64,000 nt of DNA from an uncultured Eubacteriales bacterium (GTDB lineage: Bacteria; Bacillota; Clostridia; Christensenellales; CAG-138): the NCBI GenBank assembly GCA_900544555.1, contig UQWD01000003.1, positions 66,519 to 130,518 of the forward strand. The letters are read 5' to 3'. The translations under genes were made by a program, and so were the position numbers. The notes beneath the pieces are model-generated. The model saw only the letters and a list, made by a program, of their open reading frames with translations, searched no databases and was not told the DNA's origin. Shown here piece by piece: positions 18,724-29,955 of this stretch; the first letter of the stretch is position 1, and each line of letters begins with the position of its first letter.

Positions 18724-21366
18724 ATGGAAAGGGAAATGGAGAAGACGTATAACCATAGCGCGGTAGAAGGCAGGCTGTACGAATGTTGGGAAGAGAACGG
18801 CTGTTTTCATGCGGAGGCAAACCGCGAAAAAGATCCGTACTGCATAGTGATACCTCCGCCTAACATCACGGGAAGGCTGCATATGGGGCATGCGCTGGAT
18901 GAAACGCTTCAGGACGCGATAATCCGCTATAAGAGGATGAGCGGTTTTGAAACCCTTTGGCTGCCGGGAACGGATCACGCGTCAATAGCCACAGAGGTAA
19001 AAATCGTTGAGGAGATGGCGAAGGAGGGGCTGACGAAGCAGGAAGCCGGCCGCGGCGGTTTTCTTGAGCGCGCGTGGGAATGGAAGCGCGAGTATGGCGG
19101 GAGGATAGTGGAACAGTTAAAGAAGCTTGGCTGCTCCTGCGATTGGGAGCGGGAACGCTTCACGATGGACGAGGGCTGCAGCAGGGCTGTTACAAAGGCG
19201 TTTGTTGACCTTTATCATAAAGGGCTGATTTACAGGGGGAACCGTATAATCAACTGGTGCCCGGATTGTAAAACGGCGTTGAGCGACGCGGAGGTTGAAT
19301 ACGAAGAGCAAAGCAGCCACTTATGGCATGTACGCTACGACGCGCCGGATAAGAGCTTTTCAATCGTATGCGCGACGACGCGTCCCGAAACCATATTGGG
19401 CGATACGGGCGTGGCCGTAAACCCGAATGACGAAAGATACAAGGGGCTTATAGGAAAAAAGGTGATCGTGCCCGTTGTGGGCAGGGAGATCCCCATCGTG
19501 GCGGATTCCTATGTTGAGATGGATTTTGGAACGGGCGCGGTAAAAATAACGCCCGCCCATGACCCGAATGATTTTGAGGTTGGCGCGCGAGCAGGCTTGC
19601 CCTCCTTATGCGTATTCACCGGGGATGGACGTATCAACGAGCTGGGCGGGGAATTTGCGGGCATGGACAGGTTTGCGTGCCGCAAGGCGTTTGTTGAGGC
19701 GCTCGAGCAGGCGGGGGCGCTGGTGAAAGCGGAACCATACGCCCATAATGTGGGCGGGTGTTACCGCTGCGGGACTACGGTCGAACCGATGATATCCAAG
19801 CAGTGGTTTGTTGATATGAAGCCCCTGGCCAAACCGGCGCTTGAAGCCGTGCGCTCCGGTGAAATCCGGTTTGTGCCTCAGCGCTTCGAAAAAACCTACT
19901 TTAACTGGATGGAAAATATCCGGGACTGGTGCATATCACGGCAGCTATGGTGGGGGCATCGAATACCCGCATGGTACTGCGATGGGTGCGGGGAAACAAT
20001 CGTTGAGCAATCCGCTCCATCCTCATGCCCTAAATGCGGCGGAACGGTAAGCCAGGATGAGGATGTGCTCGATACCTGGTTCAGCTCGGGCATGTGGCCT
20101 TTTTCCACCCTGGGCTGGCCGGATGATACGGATGAGCTGGCCTATTTTTACCCGACCTCAACGCTGGTTACGGCTTATGACATCATTTTTTTCTGGGTTG
20201 CCCGCATGATCGTATTTGGTATAGAGGTAATGGGGCTTAAGCCGTTTGATACGGTATATATACACGGTATCGTACGGGATGATCAGGGGCGCAAAATGTC
20301 CAAATCCCTTGGCAACGGCATTGATCCTTTGGAAATTATACGGGATTATGGGGCGGATTCTTTGAGATTCAGCTTAATCACCGGCAACTCCGCCGGCAGC
20401 GACATGCGGTTTTACCCGAAAAAGGCAGAGGCCGCGCGCAATTTCTGCAACAAAATCTATAACGCGGCCCGCTTTGTTATCATGAACCTGGGCGAGGGGG
20501 TTTGCGGGAGCATAGACGCGAATCGAATGGATATCGCGGATAAATGGATCTTGCATCGGCTCGATTGCGTGATTCAGGACGTTACCGCTCATTTCAACGC
20601 TTATGATTTGAACTTAGCGGCTCAAAAGGCGTATGATTTTATTTGGAACGAATTCTGCGATTGGTATATTGAGATGGCAAAGCCGCGCCTTTACGGGCAA
20701 GATGAAGCGGACAAAGCGCATGTGCGGGCTGTTCTGGTGCGCGTGCTCGGCGATTCCATGAAGCTGCTCCACCCGTTCATGCCCTTTATTACGGAAGAGC
20801 TCTACTCATATTTGCCCAACGGCGAGGGCTTCCTCATGCTTTCCAAATGGCCTCGGGCTTCAGCGGATAATCAGTTTGTACGCGAGGCGGAGGCGATGGA
20901 GGGGGTAATGGATATTATCCGCGCAATACGGAATATGCGCGCCAAGATGAACGTGCCGCCCGCCAAAAAGGTTGAGCTGACGCTCGTGGCAAAGCCGGAG
21001 CGCGCCCAGGTCTGTATTATGGCTTCGGCCTACATAGCTAGGCTTGCGGGCGCGTCGCGAGTAAACGTACAGGAGGATAAACAAGGCGTGGAACCCAATG
21101 CGGTTTCCGTGGCAAGCGCGTTGGCAGAGGCGTATATCCCGCTTAACCAGCTCATTGATATTAAGAAGGAACGGGAGCGCATTGCGGGGGAAATGGATAA
21201 AACGCGCGGCGAGATAGCCCGTGCTGAAGGTAAGCTTAATAACGCCGGGTTTATCGCGAAAGCGCCCGAACGCGTAGTTGATGAGGAGCGGAAAAAGCTA
21301 TTCGCCCATCGGGAGATGCTCGATACGCTTTCAGAGCGCCTGAAGCAGTTAGAAGAGATTGAATAA
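18724..21366 (+). CDS. valS: Valine--tRNA ligase
   Basis: 880 aa with PPPNITGRLHMGH (HIGH) and KMSKS motifs and a C-terminal coiled coil. GGAGG precedes ATG 18724. The track start at 18619 lies inside the T-box. Confidence 0.95.
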   Translation: MEREMEKTYNHSAVEGRLYECWEENGCFHAEANREKDPYCIVIPPPNITGRLHMGHALDETLQDAIIRYKRMSGFETLWLPGTDHASIATEVKIVEEMAKEGLTKQEAGRGGFLERAWEWKREYGGRIVEQLKKLGCSCDWERERFTMDEGCSRAVTKAFVDLYHKGLIYRGNRIINWCPDCKTALSDAEVEYEEQSSHLWHVRYDAPDKSFSIVCATTRPETILGDTGVAVNPNDERYKGLIGKKVIVPVVGREIPIVADSYVEMDFGTGAVKITPAHDPNDFEVGARAGLPSLCVFTGDGRINELGGEFAGMDRFACRKAFVEALEQAGALVKAEPYAHNVGGCYRCGTTVEPMISKQWFVDMKPLAKPALEAVRSGEIRFVPQRFEKTYFNWMENIRDWCISRQLWWGHRIPAWYCDGCGETIVEQSAPSSCPKCGGTVSQDEDVLDTWFSSGMWPFSTLGWPDDTDELAYFYPTSTLVTAYDIIFFWVARMIVFGIEVMGLKPFDTVYIHGIVRDDQGRKMSKSLGNGIDPLEIIRDYGADSLRFSLITGNSAGSDMRFYPKKAEAARNFCNKIYNAARFVIMNLGEGVCGSIDANRMDIADKWILHRLDCVIQDVTAHFNAYDLNLAAQKAYDFIWNEFCDWYIEMAKPRLYGQDEADKAHVRAVLVRVLGDSMKLLHPFMPFITEELYSYLPNGEGFLMLSKWPRASADNQFVREAEAMEGVMDIIRAIRNMRAKMNVPPAKKVELTLVAKPERAQVCIMASAYIARLAGASRVNVQEDKQGVEPNAVSVASALAEAYIPLNQLIDIKKERERIAGEMDKTRGEIARAEGKLNNAGFIAKAPERVVDEERKKLFAHREMLDTLSERLKQLEEIE

Positions 21367-21759
21367 GGTTAACGTTTCAATGGATTCAAGGTAGCTGGAT
21401 TGACTGATGATGAACACAAGCTCGACAAGGAACTGGCCGCTGTCTTCAGCTTTAGCAAGCTGAAGGCAGCTTTTTACCGCCTCCTCAAGTTCGTCGATAT
21501 CCTCATGATTGATGAACAGCTTGAGCGGGTCGCGAGATTCCTCAAAACGTTTAACCATGGATTGTGCATTGCTCACGGCCTTTTCCCACTCTTCATTCTG
21601 CACTAAATCTATTGTTTCTTTCGATGTTCTTATCAGCTCCCCCGTCATTTTTTTTAGAAAGTAGCGAGGATAAATAAATAGAAACGTTAAAAACAGAACC
21701 GTAATTAAAACCGCAATATAGCTTTTTAAAGCATGTGAACGCACCTTATTCTTGTTCAT
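21349..21759 (-). CDS. DUF4363 family membrane protein
   Basis: One N-terminal TM and the motif NEEWEKA...LFINHEDIDELE typical of DUF4363. It lies immediately downstream of, and overlaps, the DUF421 gene. Confidence 0.7.
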   Translation of the reverse strand: MNKNKVRSHALKSYIAVLITVLFLTFLFIYPRYFLKKMTGELIRTSKETIDLVQNEEWEKAVSNAQSMVKRFEESRDPLKLFINHEDIDELEEAVKSCLQLAKAEDSGQFLVELVFIISQSSYLESIETLTLFNLF

Positions 21760-22477
21760 AAACACGTTCACCCCCCATCTTCAACGTGCGCGATTGCCCT
21801 CCGTACTTTTTTTTATCCTGAATATACATGGAGCCTTCATTATTGAGGCTTGCGAGAAGTATCTCGTTAAAGCTGCGCCTCCCTGTTTTGTTTAACTGCG
21901 AAAGAAGCCAATCCGGGCTGTGCTTTATTCTCTTTAACGCTTTTTCGTTCAACTTACCGTCCAGTACCAATATGGCTGGAGGGTCGGCCTGCGGCGGCGT
22001 CAGGTTAAAATCCTGATAAGTGGGCTGCTGATATTGCCCTTTTAAAATTACGGACAGCTCGCCGTTTGTTTCTAAAACAGCATACTGAACCTGCCCAATA
22101 TCGAAAATATCTTTCTCGTGCAGCTGTTCCAACAAATCGTTCAGGGTATATCTTGAAGCGCGCAGGACCTCTTCCTGCACGGTTCCGCCTGATATCACTA
22201 TAAGCGGATGCCCGCAAATAAAGCCGCGCATTCGGTCGCTCTTTAATGATAGAAATGAAAAGAGCTGCTGCATTAAAAACAGGGCGAGTATCGGTACGAT
22301 GCCGTACATCAGCGGTATGCGCATATCCGCCGCGGGTTCGGAGGCGAGATCCGCAATGAGCAAAGTAATTACCAAGTCGTAAGGCTGCAGCTCGCTCACC
22401 TGGCGCTTTCCTGTCAGCCTTATTATTACATATACAATGATATATAGAATTATTGCGCGTACAAACAATATCAGCAT
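21746..22477 (-). CDS. DUF421 (YetF-like) membrane protein
   Basis: MLILFVRAIILYIIVYVIIRLTGKRQVSELQPYDLV..HPLIVISGG..VLETNGELSV match the family. GGAGGA SD precedes the internal ATG. The coordinate is derived from the track frame and may be off by 1 nt. Confidence 0.8.
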   Translation of the reverse strand: MLILFVRAIILYIIVYVIIRLTGKRQVSELQPYDLVITLLIADLASEPAADMRIPLMYGIVPILALFLMQQLFSFLSLKSDRMRGFICGHPLIVISGGTVQEEVLRASRYTLNDLLEQLHEKDIFDIGQVQYAVLETNGELSVILKGQYQQPTYQDFNLTPPQADPPAILVLDGKLNEKALKRIKHSPDWLLSQLNKTGRRSFNEILLASLNNEGSMYIQDKKKYGGQSRTLKMGGERVYEQE

Positions 22478-22653
22478 ATTGCTTCCTCCAGAATGTTTTT
22501 CCGGATACGGATTACATGCGCGCGTCGTCACAGAACACTAACGCGCTCCACGGCAGTACCTGTTTTAATTAGTTTGCCTGAACAAAATGAAATAATTCCT
22601 GAATGGTGTTTTAAGCTTCTATTTCATTTATAGAAAAAAACAACTTAATTTTA

Positions 22654-22682
22654 TTGACAGAAGGATCTATCTCTGTTAAAAT
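22654..22682 (+). promoter_or_regulatory. Sigma-A-type promoter of tRNA cluster
   Basis: TTGACA (22654-22659), 17-nt spacer, TAAAAT (22677-22682). Confidence 0.6.
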
Positions 22683-22744
22683 ACCTAAATGTTGGCGGGT
22701 GCCGGTTTATACAAGCCCAATACCGCAGCCGCGGCGTTATGTTT

Positions 22745-22821
22745 GCGCCTGTAGCTCAGCAGGATAGAGCAACGGCCTTCTAAGCCGTAGGTCCCGGGTT
22801 CGAATCCCTGCGGGCGCGCCA
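22745..22821 (+). tRNA. tRNA-Arg (TCT)
   Basis: GCGCCTGTAGCTCAG... with anticodon arm ACGGC-CTTCTAA-GCCGT and an encoded CCA. Confidence 0.9.
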
Positions 22822-22829
22822 ATTTTTGT

Positions 22830-22907
22830 GGTGGGTATAGTTCAGTTGGCTAGAACGCCAGATTGTGGCTCTGGAGGTCGTGGGTTCGAGACCCACTACT
22901 CACCCCA
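22830..22907 (+). tRNA. tRNA-His (GTG) with G-1
   Basis: Extra 5' G. Anticodon arm CCAGA-TTGTGGC-TCTGG, with the 3' end ...TACTCACCCCA. Confidence 0.9.
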
Positions 22908-22930
22908 TCTTTCAATAACGCCGGGGTTAT

Positions 22931-23005
22931 TGGGGTGTCGCCAAGCGGTAAGGCACGGGACTTTGACTCCCGCACTCGTAGGTTCAAATCCTGCCACCCC
23001 AGCCA
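22931..23005 (+). tRNA. tRNA-Gln (TTG)
   Basis: TGGGGTG acceptor. Anticodon arm CGGGA-CTTTGAC-TCCCG, with the 3' end CACCCCAGCCA. Confidence 0.9.
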
Positions 23006-23010
23006 TTTTT

Positions 23011-23086
23011 GACCCGTTAGCTCAGCCGGTAGAGCACTTGACTTTTAATCAAGGTGTCCGGAGTTCGAATCTCCGACGGGTCACCA
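23011..23086 (+). tRNA. tRNA-Lys (TTT)
   Basis: GACCCGTTAGCTCAG... with anticodon arm CTTGA-CTTTTAA-TCAAG. Confidence 0.9.
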
Positions 23087-23101
23087 TTTTTCTATCTGTA
23101 A

Positions 23102-23186
23102 GCGGGCGTGGCGGAATTGGCAGACGCGCCAGATTTAGGTTCTGGTGCCAAAAGGCGTATGAGTTCGAGTCTCTTCGCCCGCACCA
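23102..23186 (+). tRNA. tRNA-Leu (TAG)
   Basis: 85 nt with a long variable arm and anticodon arm CCAGA-TTTAGGT-TCTGG. Confidence 0.9.
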
Positions 23187-23201
23187 TTTACCTTTTTCCT
23201 T

Positions 23202-23277
23202 GCGGGAATAGCTCATTCGGTAGAGCGCCGCCTTGCCAAGGCGGAGGTGGCGGGTTCGAACCCCGTTTCCCGCTCCA
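23202..23277 (+). tRNA. tRNA-Gly (GCC)
   Basis: GCGGGAATAGCTCA... with anticodon arm CCGCC-TTGCCAA-GGCGG. Confidence 0.9.
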
Positions 23278-23283
23278 GAAAAC

Positions 23284-23357
23284 GCGGATGTAGTGTAATG
23301 GTAACACATTAGCCTTCCAAGCTGAGATAGTGGGTTCGAGTCCCATCATCCGCTCCA
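23284..23357 (+). tRNA. tRNA-Gly (TCC)
   Basis: GCGGATGTAGTGTAATGG... with anticodon loop CTTCCAA. Confidence 0.9.
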
Positions 23358-23366
23358 GCAAAATAT

Positions 23367-23442
23367 GGGCCGTTAGCTCAGTTGGTAGAGCACCTGACTC
23401 TTAATCAGGGTGTCCCGGGTTCGAGCCCCTGACGGCCCACCA
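23367..23442 (+). tRNA. tRNA-Lys (CTT)
   Basis: GGGCCGTTAGCTCAG... with anticodon arm CCTGA-CTCTTAA-TCAGG. Confidence 0.9.
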
Positions 23443-23456
23443 TTATTTATAGAAAA

Positions 23457-23491
23457 GGCTGCCCAAGCGATAAGCCGAGGCAGCTTTTTTT
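23457..23491. terminator. Bidirectional intrinsic terminator (tRNA cluster / small secreted protein gene)
   Basis: GCTGCC...GGCAGC stem flanked by AAAA on one side and TTTTTTT on the other. Confidence 0.7.
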
Positions 23492-23548
23492 GAATTTAGT
23501 CATCCTCGCAAGCAGGGTTTAGGGAAATCATTTAAGGGTCATTTAGTG

Positions 23549-23803
23549 TTAAGGGTTTTTGGGGAACGGGAGAAGATGCATCCCATTACCAGGGCAGATT
23601 GTTGTCCGCTCTTCCAGAATCCTTTCACAAATCCTGCAATACTTCCACCAATAATGATTACCTGGAACGCCCAGCCTTGATTCGCACCCTCCGTCCTGCC
23701 ATGAGCTTTTTATGCATTCATGATCTTCATTGGCAAAAGATGCGGCCGGTATTAGGGTTAAGGTAAATATCAGCGTCAATGTTAAACCTAATAATTTTTT
23801 CAT
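23549..23803 (-). CDS. Small secreted Cys/His/Trp-rich protein, paralog 1 (unknown family)
   Basis: AGGAGGA SD. Sec signal MKKLLGLTLTLIFTLTLIPAASFA. The mature ~60 aa contain DHE, WQDGGC, HYWW, CRIC and C.GNG.H motifs shared with the gene at 24157-24417. Confidence 0.75.
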   Translation of the reverse strand: MKKLLGLTLTLIFTLTLIPAASFANEDHECIKSSWQDGGCESRLGVPGNHYWWKYCRICERILEERTTICPGNGMHLLPFPKNP

Positions 23804-24087
23804 GTTTTTATCCTCCTAAATAAATTCTGTTTGAAAAAAACCCTTCGTTAAGTATTTAAGCAAAGACATCAAGCCTTCCGCTTTTTTATTAAATTATATG
23901 TCCCCGTTATTCACATAAAGTAACGACAGAACTAAACTTTATTTAAATTCTCTATTTAAAAAACAATGAGGGGCGCATGGCTAACCCGTATGAGCCGCTT
24001 TCATTGTAACCGCAAACCAAGCATCAACTTTTCCTTCTTAACTGCTTCCGGGATTGTGGTGAGGGATTATTCATAGTGGGGGAGAAT

Positions 24088-24113
24088 TTAAAAGCCGCCG
24101 TTTAAGCGGCGGC
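24088..24113 (-). terminator. Intrinsic terminator after paralog 2
   Basis: GCCGCCG / CGGCGGC stem with a TTTT tail on the minus strand. Confidence 0.55.
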
Positions 24114-24156
24114 GATGAAACAGGTTATATTCAAAATATATTAGCCTGTTATAAAA

Positions 24157-24417
24157 TTATGCGTAAGGATAAATCGGGGCGGGCGTAATATGCCATCCAT
24201 TACCAAGGCATGTAGGGGTTAACTCCTGCAAAATTATGCCGCAAATCCTGCAGCTTCTCCACCAATAATGCTTGCCCGGGTGGCCAGGACTGGATAGACA
24301 GCCGCCGTCCTCCCATTCAGTGCTTATATGTTCATGATCCGCCTGAGCCATGGTAACGACAGGCATAAGGGATACCACAAAAATCAACGCTAATGTTAAA
24401 ACTAATAATTTTTTCAT
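24157..24417 (-). CDS. Small secreted Cys/His/Trp-rich protein, paralog 2 (unknown family)
   Basis: GGAGGA SD 8 nt before ATG 24417. Signal MKKLLVLTLALIFVVSLMPVVTMA. The mature part carries the same DHE / W.DGGC / HYWW / CRIC / C.GNG.H pattern. Confidence 0.75.
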   Translation of the reverse strand: MKKLLVLTLALIFVVSLMPVVTMAQADHEHISTEWEDGGCLSSPGHPGKHYWWRSCRICGIILQELTPTCLGNGWHITPAPIYPYA

Positions 24418-24655
24418 TTTAATATCCTCCATGTTCAAGATTGATTAGAATAAACAAGAGATTTATTTATACAATCATTAGCATCAACGCCTTCCACACT
24501 ACTTCATTTCATGGTATCCCTATTTTATGCTCAAAGTAACATAAAATCTGCAAAATATGATAGGCTTCAAATAAAATGTTTAATGATTGAAAATTTAAAA
24601 AGGCGGGCTCATGCGCCCGCGTAAAGTGCCAAAGCTATTTATATTTAATGTAATG

Positions 24656-25120
24656 TCAATCCTTAAACAATTCAATCGATACGCCCGCCTGTTCAAATAT
24701 CTCCAAAGAGAATTCATCAGGATAGCCAACTCCGTAGATAACGCGCCGAATACCGGAGTTGACGATCATCTTCGCGCAAATAACGCATGGCTGGTGCGTA
24801 CAATACATGGTAGCCCCATCAATAGAAATACCCAGTTTTGCAGCCTGGATGATAGCGTTTTGCTCAGCGTGAATCGCATAGCAAAGCTCGTGACGGGTAC
24901 CGGATGCGATGCCCAGCGTGCGCCGCATGCATTCGCCTTTCTCAACGCAGCTTAATATCCCGGCAGGAGCGCCGTTATAGCCCGTGGTAATAATCCGCTT
25001 ATTCTTTACAATAATTGCGCCAATTTTACGGTTATCCTGATAACAGCTAGACCAGTTGGCAATGGAGGACGCAAGCTCCATAAATCGTTTATCCCATTTG
25101 CTCCATTTTAGTTCCATCAT
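24656..25120 (-). CDS. comEB: dCMP deaminase (ComEB-like)
   Basis: HAEQNAI and PCVICAKMI zinc-binding deaminase motifs. GGGAGGTG SD precedes ATG 25120. Confidence 0.85.
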   Translation of the reverse strand: MMELKWSKWDKRFMELASSIANWSSCYQDNRKIGAIIVKNKRIITTGYNGAPAGILSCVEKGECMRRTLGIASGTRHELCYAIHAEQNAIIQAAKLGISIDGATMYCTHQPCVICAKMIVNSGIRRVIYGVGYPDEFSLEIFEQAGVSIELFKD

Positions 25121-25233
25121 GTTCACCTCCCCGTACAGTATAACATACAGCGGCGGACATAGGAGCAAATGTGTTAGAAATGCAACAAATTTGGATATAA
25201 TTTAAAATAAGCTGAAAATGGAAATAAAGGATA

Positions 25234-25262
25234 TTGCATTTCCGGCTCAAGATGTTTATAAT
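25234..25262 (+). promoter_or_regulatory. Sigma-A-type promoter of groESL
   Basis: TTGCAT (25234-25239), 17-nt spacer, TATAAT (25257-25262). Confidence 0.7.
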
Positions 25263-25270
25263 ATGCCCTG

Positions 25271-25297
25271 TCAGCACTCCTAGACCTTGAGTGCTAA
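25271..25297 (+). promoter_or_regulatory. CIRCE operator (HrcA binding site)
   Basis: TCAGCACTC-N9-GAGTGCTAA differs by one base from the consensus TTAGCACTC-N9-GAGTGCTAA. It lies between the promoter and groES. Confidence 0.9.
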
Positions 25298-25328
25298 CAA
25301 TTAAGAACATAAGCGTTAAAATATTTAA

Positions 25329-27272
<1,944 letters not shown>

Positions 27273-27305
27273 TACTTAACCGCTCTCATCTAGGGGATAT
27301 GAAAA

Positions 27306-27341
27306 GGACCGGCCTAATTAATCAAGGGCCGGTCCATTTTT
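27306..27341 (+). terminator. groESL intrinsic terminator
   Basis: GGACCGGCC / GGCCGGTCC stem followed by a T-run. Confidence 0.8.
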
Positions 27342-27858
27342 GTAGAGCGTATGCGAGAGAAAAGCGGGATTGCGGAGAAAACGGTTTATTCAGAAACCAT
27401 GAACCGCAAAGATGAATATACGAGAATAAATGACGGAAGGTTATCCTAAGTCAAATTATTAATACATGACAAGATTGTGATGGATTTCTTCATTCAATTT
27501 AAAAGGACAATATAGTCATTACTTATACAAAATTAATCGGATTAGAAGTCGCACAGAAGGCATGAAGAAAAAATTGCGGATTTTTTCAAGATAATGGAGT
27601 TACAGCATTGGCGTGATTTTATGAAGACAAAAGATAATGAGCAGCAGATAACGAAGGCAAAGAGTTTGGATTATGTATTAAGATTCGGGCAAATCGTTCT
27701 GCGGAAAGGAATAAAAAGCAACATAACGGCGTAGCTTCCGCCACGCCGTTTCACGCTAACAAAGTTTAATTTCTGATTGATTGCCCGCGCTTAGCGGGCC
27801 TTCTTGTTCGCAGCCGCTCCATTAAAACGCATACATCACTCGGCCAACGAAAGCACCC

Positions 27859-28401
27859 TTAATAATTTTCCGCCTTGATTTCAAAATAGGCTCTGGGATG
27901 ATCGCATACCGGGCAGATTTCCGGAGCCTTTTCGCCCACATGAATGTGTCCGCAGTTGGCGCACTTCCAAACCACAACGCCGTCGCGCTCGAACACAATA
28001 CCGTTCTCAATATTGGAAAGCAGCTTATTATAGCGCTCCTCATGCTCTTTCTCAATTTTCGCCACTGCGTCGAACAGATAGGCAATTTTCGTGAAACCCT
28101 CATCCTTCGCTTCTTTAGCGAAGGTGGCGTACATATCCGTCCATTCATAACGCTCGCCGGCGGCCGCATCCTTGAGGTTATCTGTGGTTCCGGCGATACT
28201 GCCGCCGTGCAGAAGCTTGAACCACATTTTCGCGTGTGCCTTCTCATTGTTTGCGGTTTCCTCGAAAATAGCGGCTATTTGGTTGTAACCATCTTTTTTG
28301 GCGGCGGATGCATAGTAAGTGTACTTATTGCGCGCCTGGGATTCCCCGGCGAAGGCCGCCATCAAGTTCGCTTCGGTTTTCGTTCCTTTAAGTTCTTGCA
28401 T
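27859..28401 (-). CDS. rbr: Rubrerythrin
   Basis: N-terminal ferritin-like diiron domain ([18 protein letters not shown]). C-terminal rubredoxin motif CANCGH...CPVC. Confidence 0.9.
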   Translation of the reverse strand: MQELKGTKTEANLMAAFAGESQARNKYTYYASAAKKDGYNQIAAIFEETANNEKAHAKMWFKLLHGGSIAGTTDNLKDAAAGERYEWTDMYATFAKEAKDEGFTKIAYLFDAVAKIEKEHEERYNKLLSNIENGIVFERDGVVVWKCANCGHIHVGEKAPEICPVCDHPRAYFEIKAENY

Positions 28402-28462
28402 GATTTTATTCCCCTTTCAAGTTTAAAGTTCTATATGTAAGCATTTCGCTCTACATGGAAAA

Positions 28463-28843
28463 TTATTCTTGGCCCGCGCATTGCTCACAGAACCCGTGGA
28501 ACAATACGTCGTACGACGTGATTTTACATCCGCACGACTTGCCGGCTAGACCAATGATATCCCCAAGCGCGTCCTTATCAATATCCGTAATCGAACCGCA
28601 ACGGATGCATCGCATATGGTGGTGACCGTCGCAAACGCTGTCGAACCTATCCGCGGATCCCGGAACCTTTACCCTGGCCGCAAGGCCGAAACGTTCAAGC
28701 TGATTCAGGTTCCGGTATACTGTCGCAAGGCTTAGCTGAGGGTTATCAGGTTTTAATCTGCTGTATAGCTCCTCTGCCGTTGGGTGATAACCTTTTATGG
28801 ATAACGCCTCGCGCAGCATTTCCCTTTGCTTTGAATAGATCAT
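28463..28843 (-). CDS. perR: Fur-family peroxide regulator (PerR-like)
   Basis: Winged HTH (LSLATVYRNLNQL), HHHMRCIRCG and CEQC motifs. AAGGAGGTG SD. It lies upstream of rbr. The PerR versus Fur/Zur assignment is by context only. Confidence 0.7.
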   Translation of the reverse strand: MIYSKQREMLREALSIKGYHPTAEELYSRLKPDNPQLSLATVYRNLNQLERFGLAARVKVPGSADRFDSVCDGHHHMRCIRCGSITDIDKDALGDIIGLAGKSCGCKITSYDVLFHGFCEQCAGQE

Positions 28844-28865
28844 TTCAAGGAATTTCACCTCCTTA

Positions 28866-28921
28866 TTAAGAATAATTATTATTCTTAAATTTATTATAAG
28901 ACCGCCTCCATTATTTGTCAA
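28866..28921 (-). promoter_or_regulatory. perR promoter (TTGACA-17-TATAAT) with 23-bp perfect palindromic Fur/PerR-type operator
   Basis: On the minus strand, TTGACA lies at 28921-28916 and TATAAT at 28898-28893. The palindrome TTAAGAATAAT-T-ATTATTCTTAA lies at 28866-28888, directly downstream of the -10 box. Confidence 0.7.
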
Positions 28922-29000
28922 GCTTTAATTTGCGGATTTTTTCGATTTAAGATATAATGTTGCGTGTAGTAATATAAAGAAATGGAAGGCAAAGAGCATA

Positions 29001-29783
29001 ATGGAAGCTTTAAGGAAAAAGAAAGCCTTCATCTGCGATATGGACGGCGTAATCTATCATGGCGACAAACTGCTGCCCGGCGTTCATGATTTTGTGGATT
29101 GGTTGAAAAAAGAAAATAAAAAGTTTTTGTTCTTAACAAACAACTCCGGCCGCGTGCCGAAGGAGCTGCATCAAAAACTCGGCCGGCTTGGCATAGACGT
29201 GCCGGAGGATTGCTTTTATACCAGCGCTCTGGCGACGGCCTCGTTCCTGTACAGCCAAAGCCCGAACTGCAGCGCCTACGCGCTGGGCGAACCGGGGCTG
29301 TTCCACGCATTGTACGATGTTGGCATTACCATGAACACCGTAAACCCGGACTACGTGGTGGTGGGGGAGGCGTATAACCTGAATTATGAAATGCTAGAGC
29401 GCGCGACCTTTCTGGTCAATAAGGGCGCTCGGCTGATTGGGTGCAATTCGGATTTAACCGGCCCCACGGAACAGGGGTTGGCTCCGGCCTGCCGCGCGCT
29501 AATCGCGCCGATTGAGCTTGCCACGGGCGTTAATGCTTATTTTGTTGGTAAGCCGAACCCCCTGATGATGAGGCACGCGATTAAGCGGTTGGGAACCGAC
29601 CCTGCGGATACGGCAATTATTGGGGATAGGATGGATACGGACATTATGGCGGGCGTTGAGGCTGAGATAGATACCGTACTTGTATTATCCGGCGTAACAA
29701 GCAGGGAAATGCTGCCAAAGTTCCCCTATAAGCCCAATTATGTGCTTAAGGGCGTTGGCGATCTTCCGCCGAAGGCTGAGTAA
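29001..29783 (+). CDS. HAD-IIA family sugar-phosphate phosphatase (NagD-like)
   Basis: FICDMDGVIYHG, FLTNNS, GKPNP and GDRMDTDI motifs. Confidence 0.8.
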   Translation: MEALRKKKAFICDMDGVIYHGDKLLPGVHDFVDWLKKENKKFLFLTNNSGRVPKELHQKLGRLGIDVPEDCFYTSALATASFLYSQSPNCSAYALGEPGLFHALYDVGITMNTVNPDYVVVGEAYNLNYEMLERATFLVNKGARLIGCNSDLTGPTEQGLAPACRALIAPIELATGVNAYFVGKPNPLMMRHAIKRLGTDPADTAIIGDRMDTDIMAGVEAEIDTVLVLSGVTSREMLPKFPYKPNYVLKGVGDLPPKAE

Positions 29784-29904
29784 ACCATTAGCGTTTAATC
29801 AGTTTAGCAATTCAAGCGGCGGGGATAATATATCTTTTTGTCTGCACCATCATATATGATCAGAGAAAGCCGTCGCAAGAGATTACAATAGTATGGATAA
29901 TAAT

Positions 29905-29940
29905 AACGAACCGGCCTAAGCGGGGCCGGTTCGTTTCTTA
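29905..29940. terminator. Bidirectional terminator between convergent genes
   Basis: 12-bp stem AACGAACCGGCC / GGCCGGTTCGTT. Confidence 0.7.
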
Positions 29941-29955
29941 TGGTTCTTAAATCGG

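Noticed and set aside
21349-21366. 18-nt convergent overlap of the valS and DUF4363 gene 3' ends
   Set aside because: Short convergent overlaps are common, and no structure or motif suggested regulation.
22828-23309. Track ORFs 22828..23211 (+) and 23049..23309 (-), 127 and 86 aa
   Set aside because: They lie entirely over eight well-formed tRNA genes, so the open frames are by-products of the tRNA sequence.
27345-27858. 0.5-kb AT-rich gap after groEL with mini-ORFs (for example a 37-aa MKTKDNEQQITKAKSLDYVLRFGQIVLRKGIKSNITA at ~27621-27734)
   Set aside because: No convincing SD or promoter was found. The hairpin at ~27729-27758 is best explained as the rubrerythrin terminator on the minus strand. 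This is probably decayed sequence, though a small RNA cannot be excluded.
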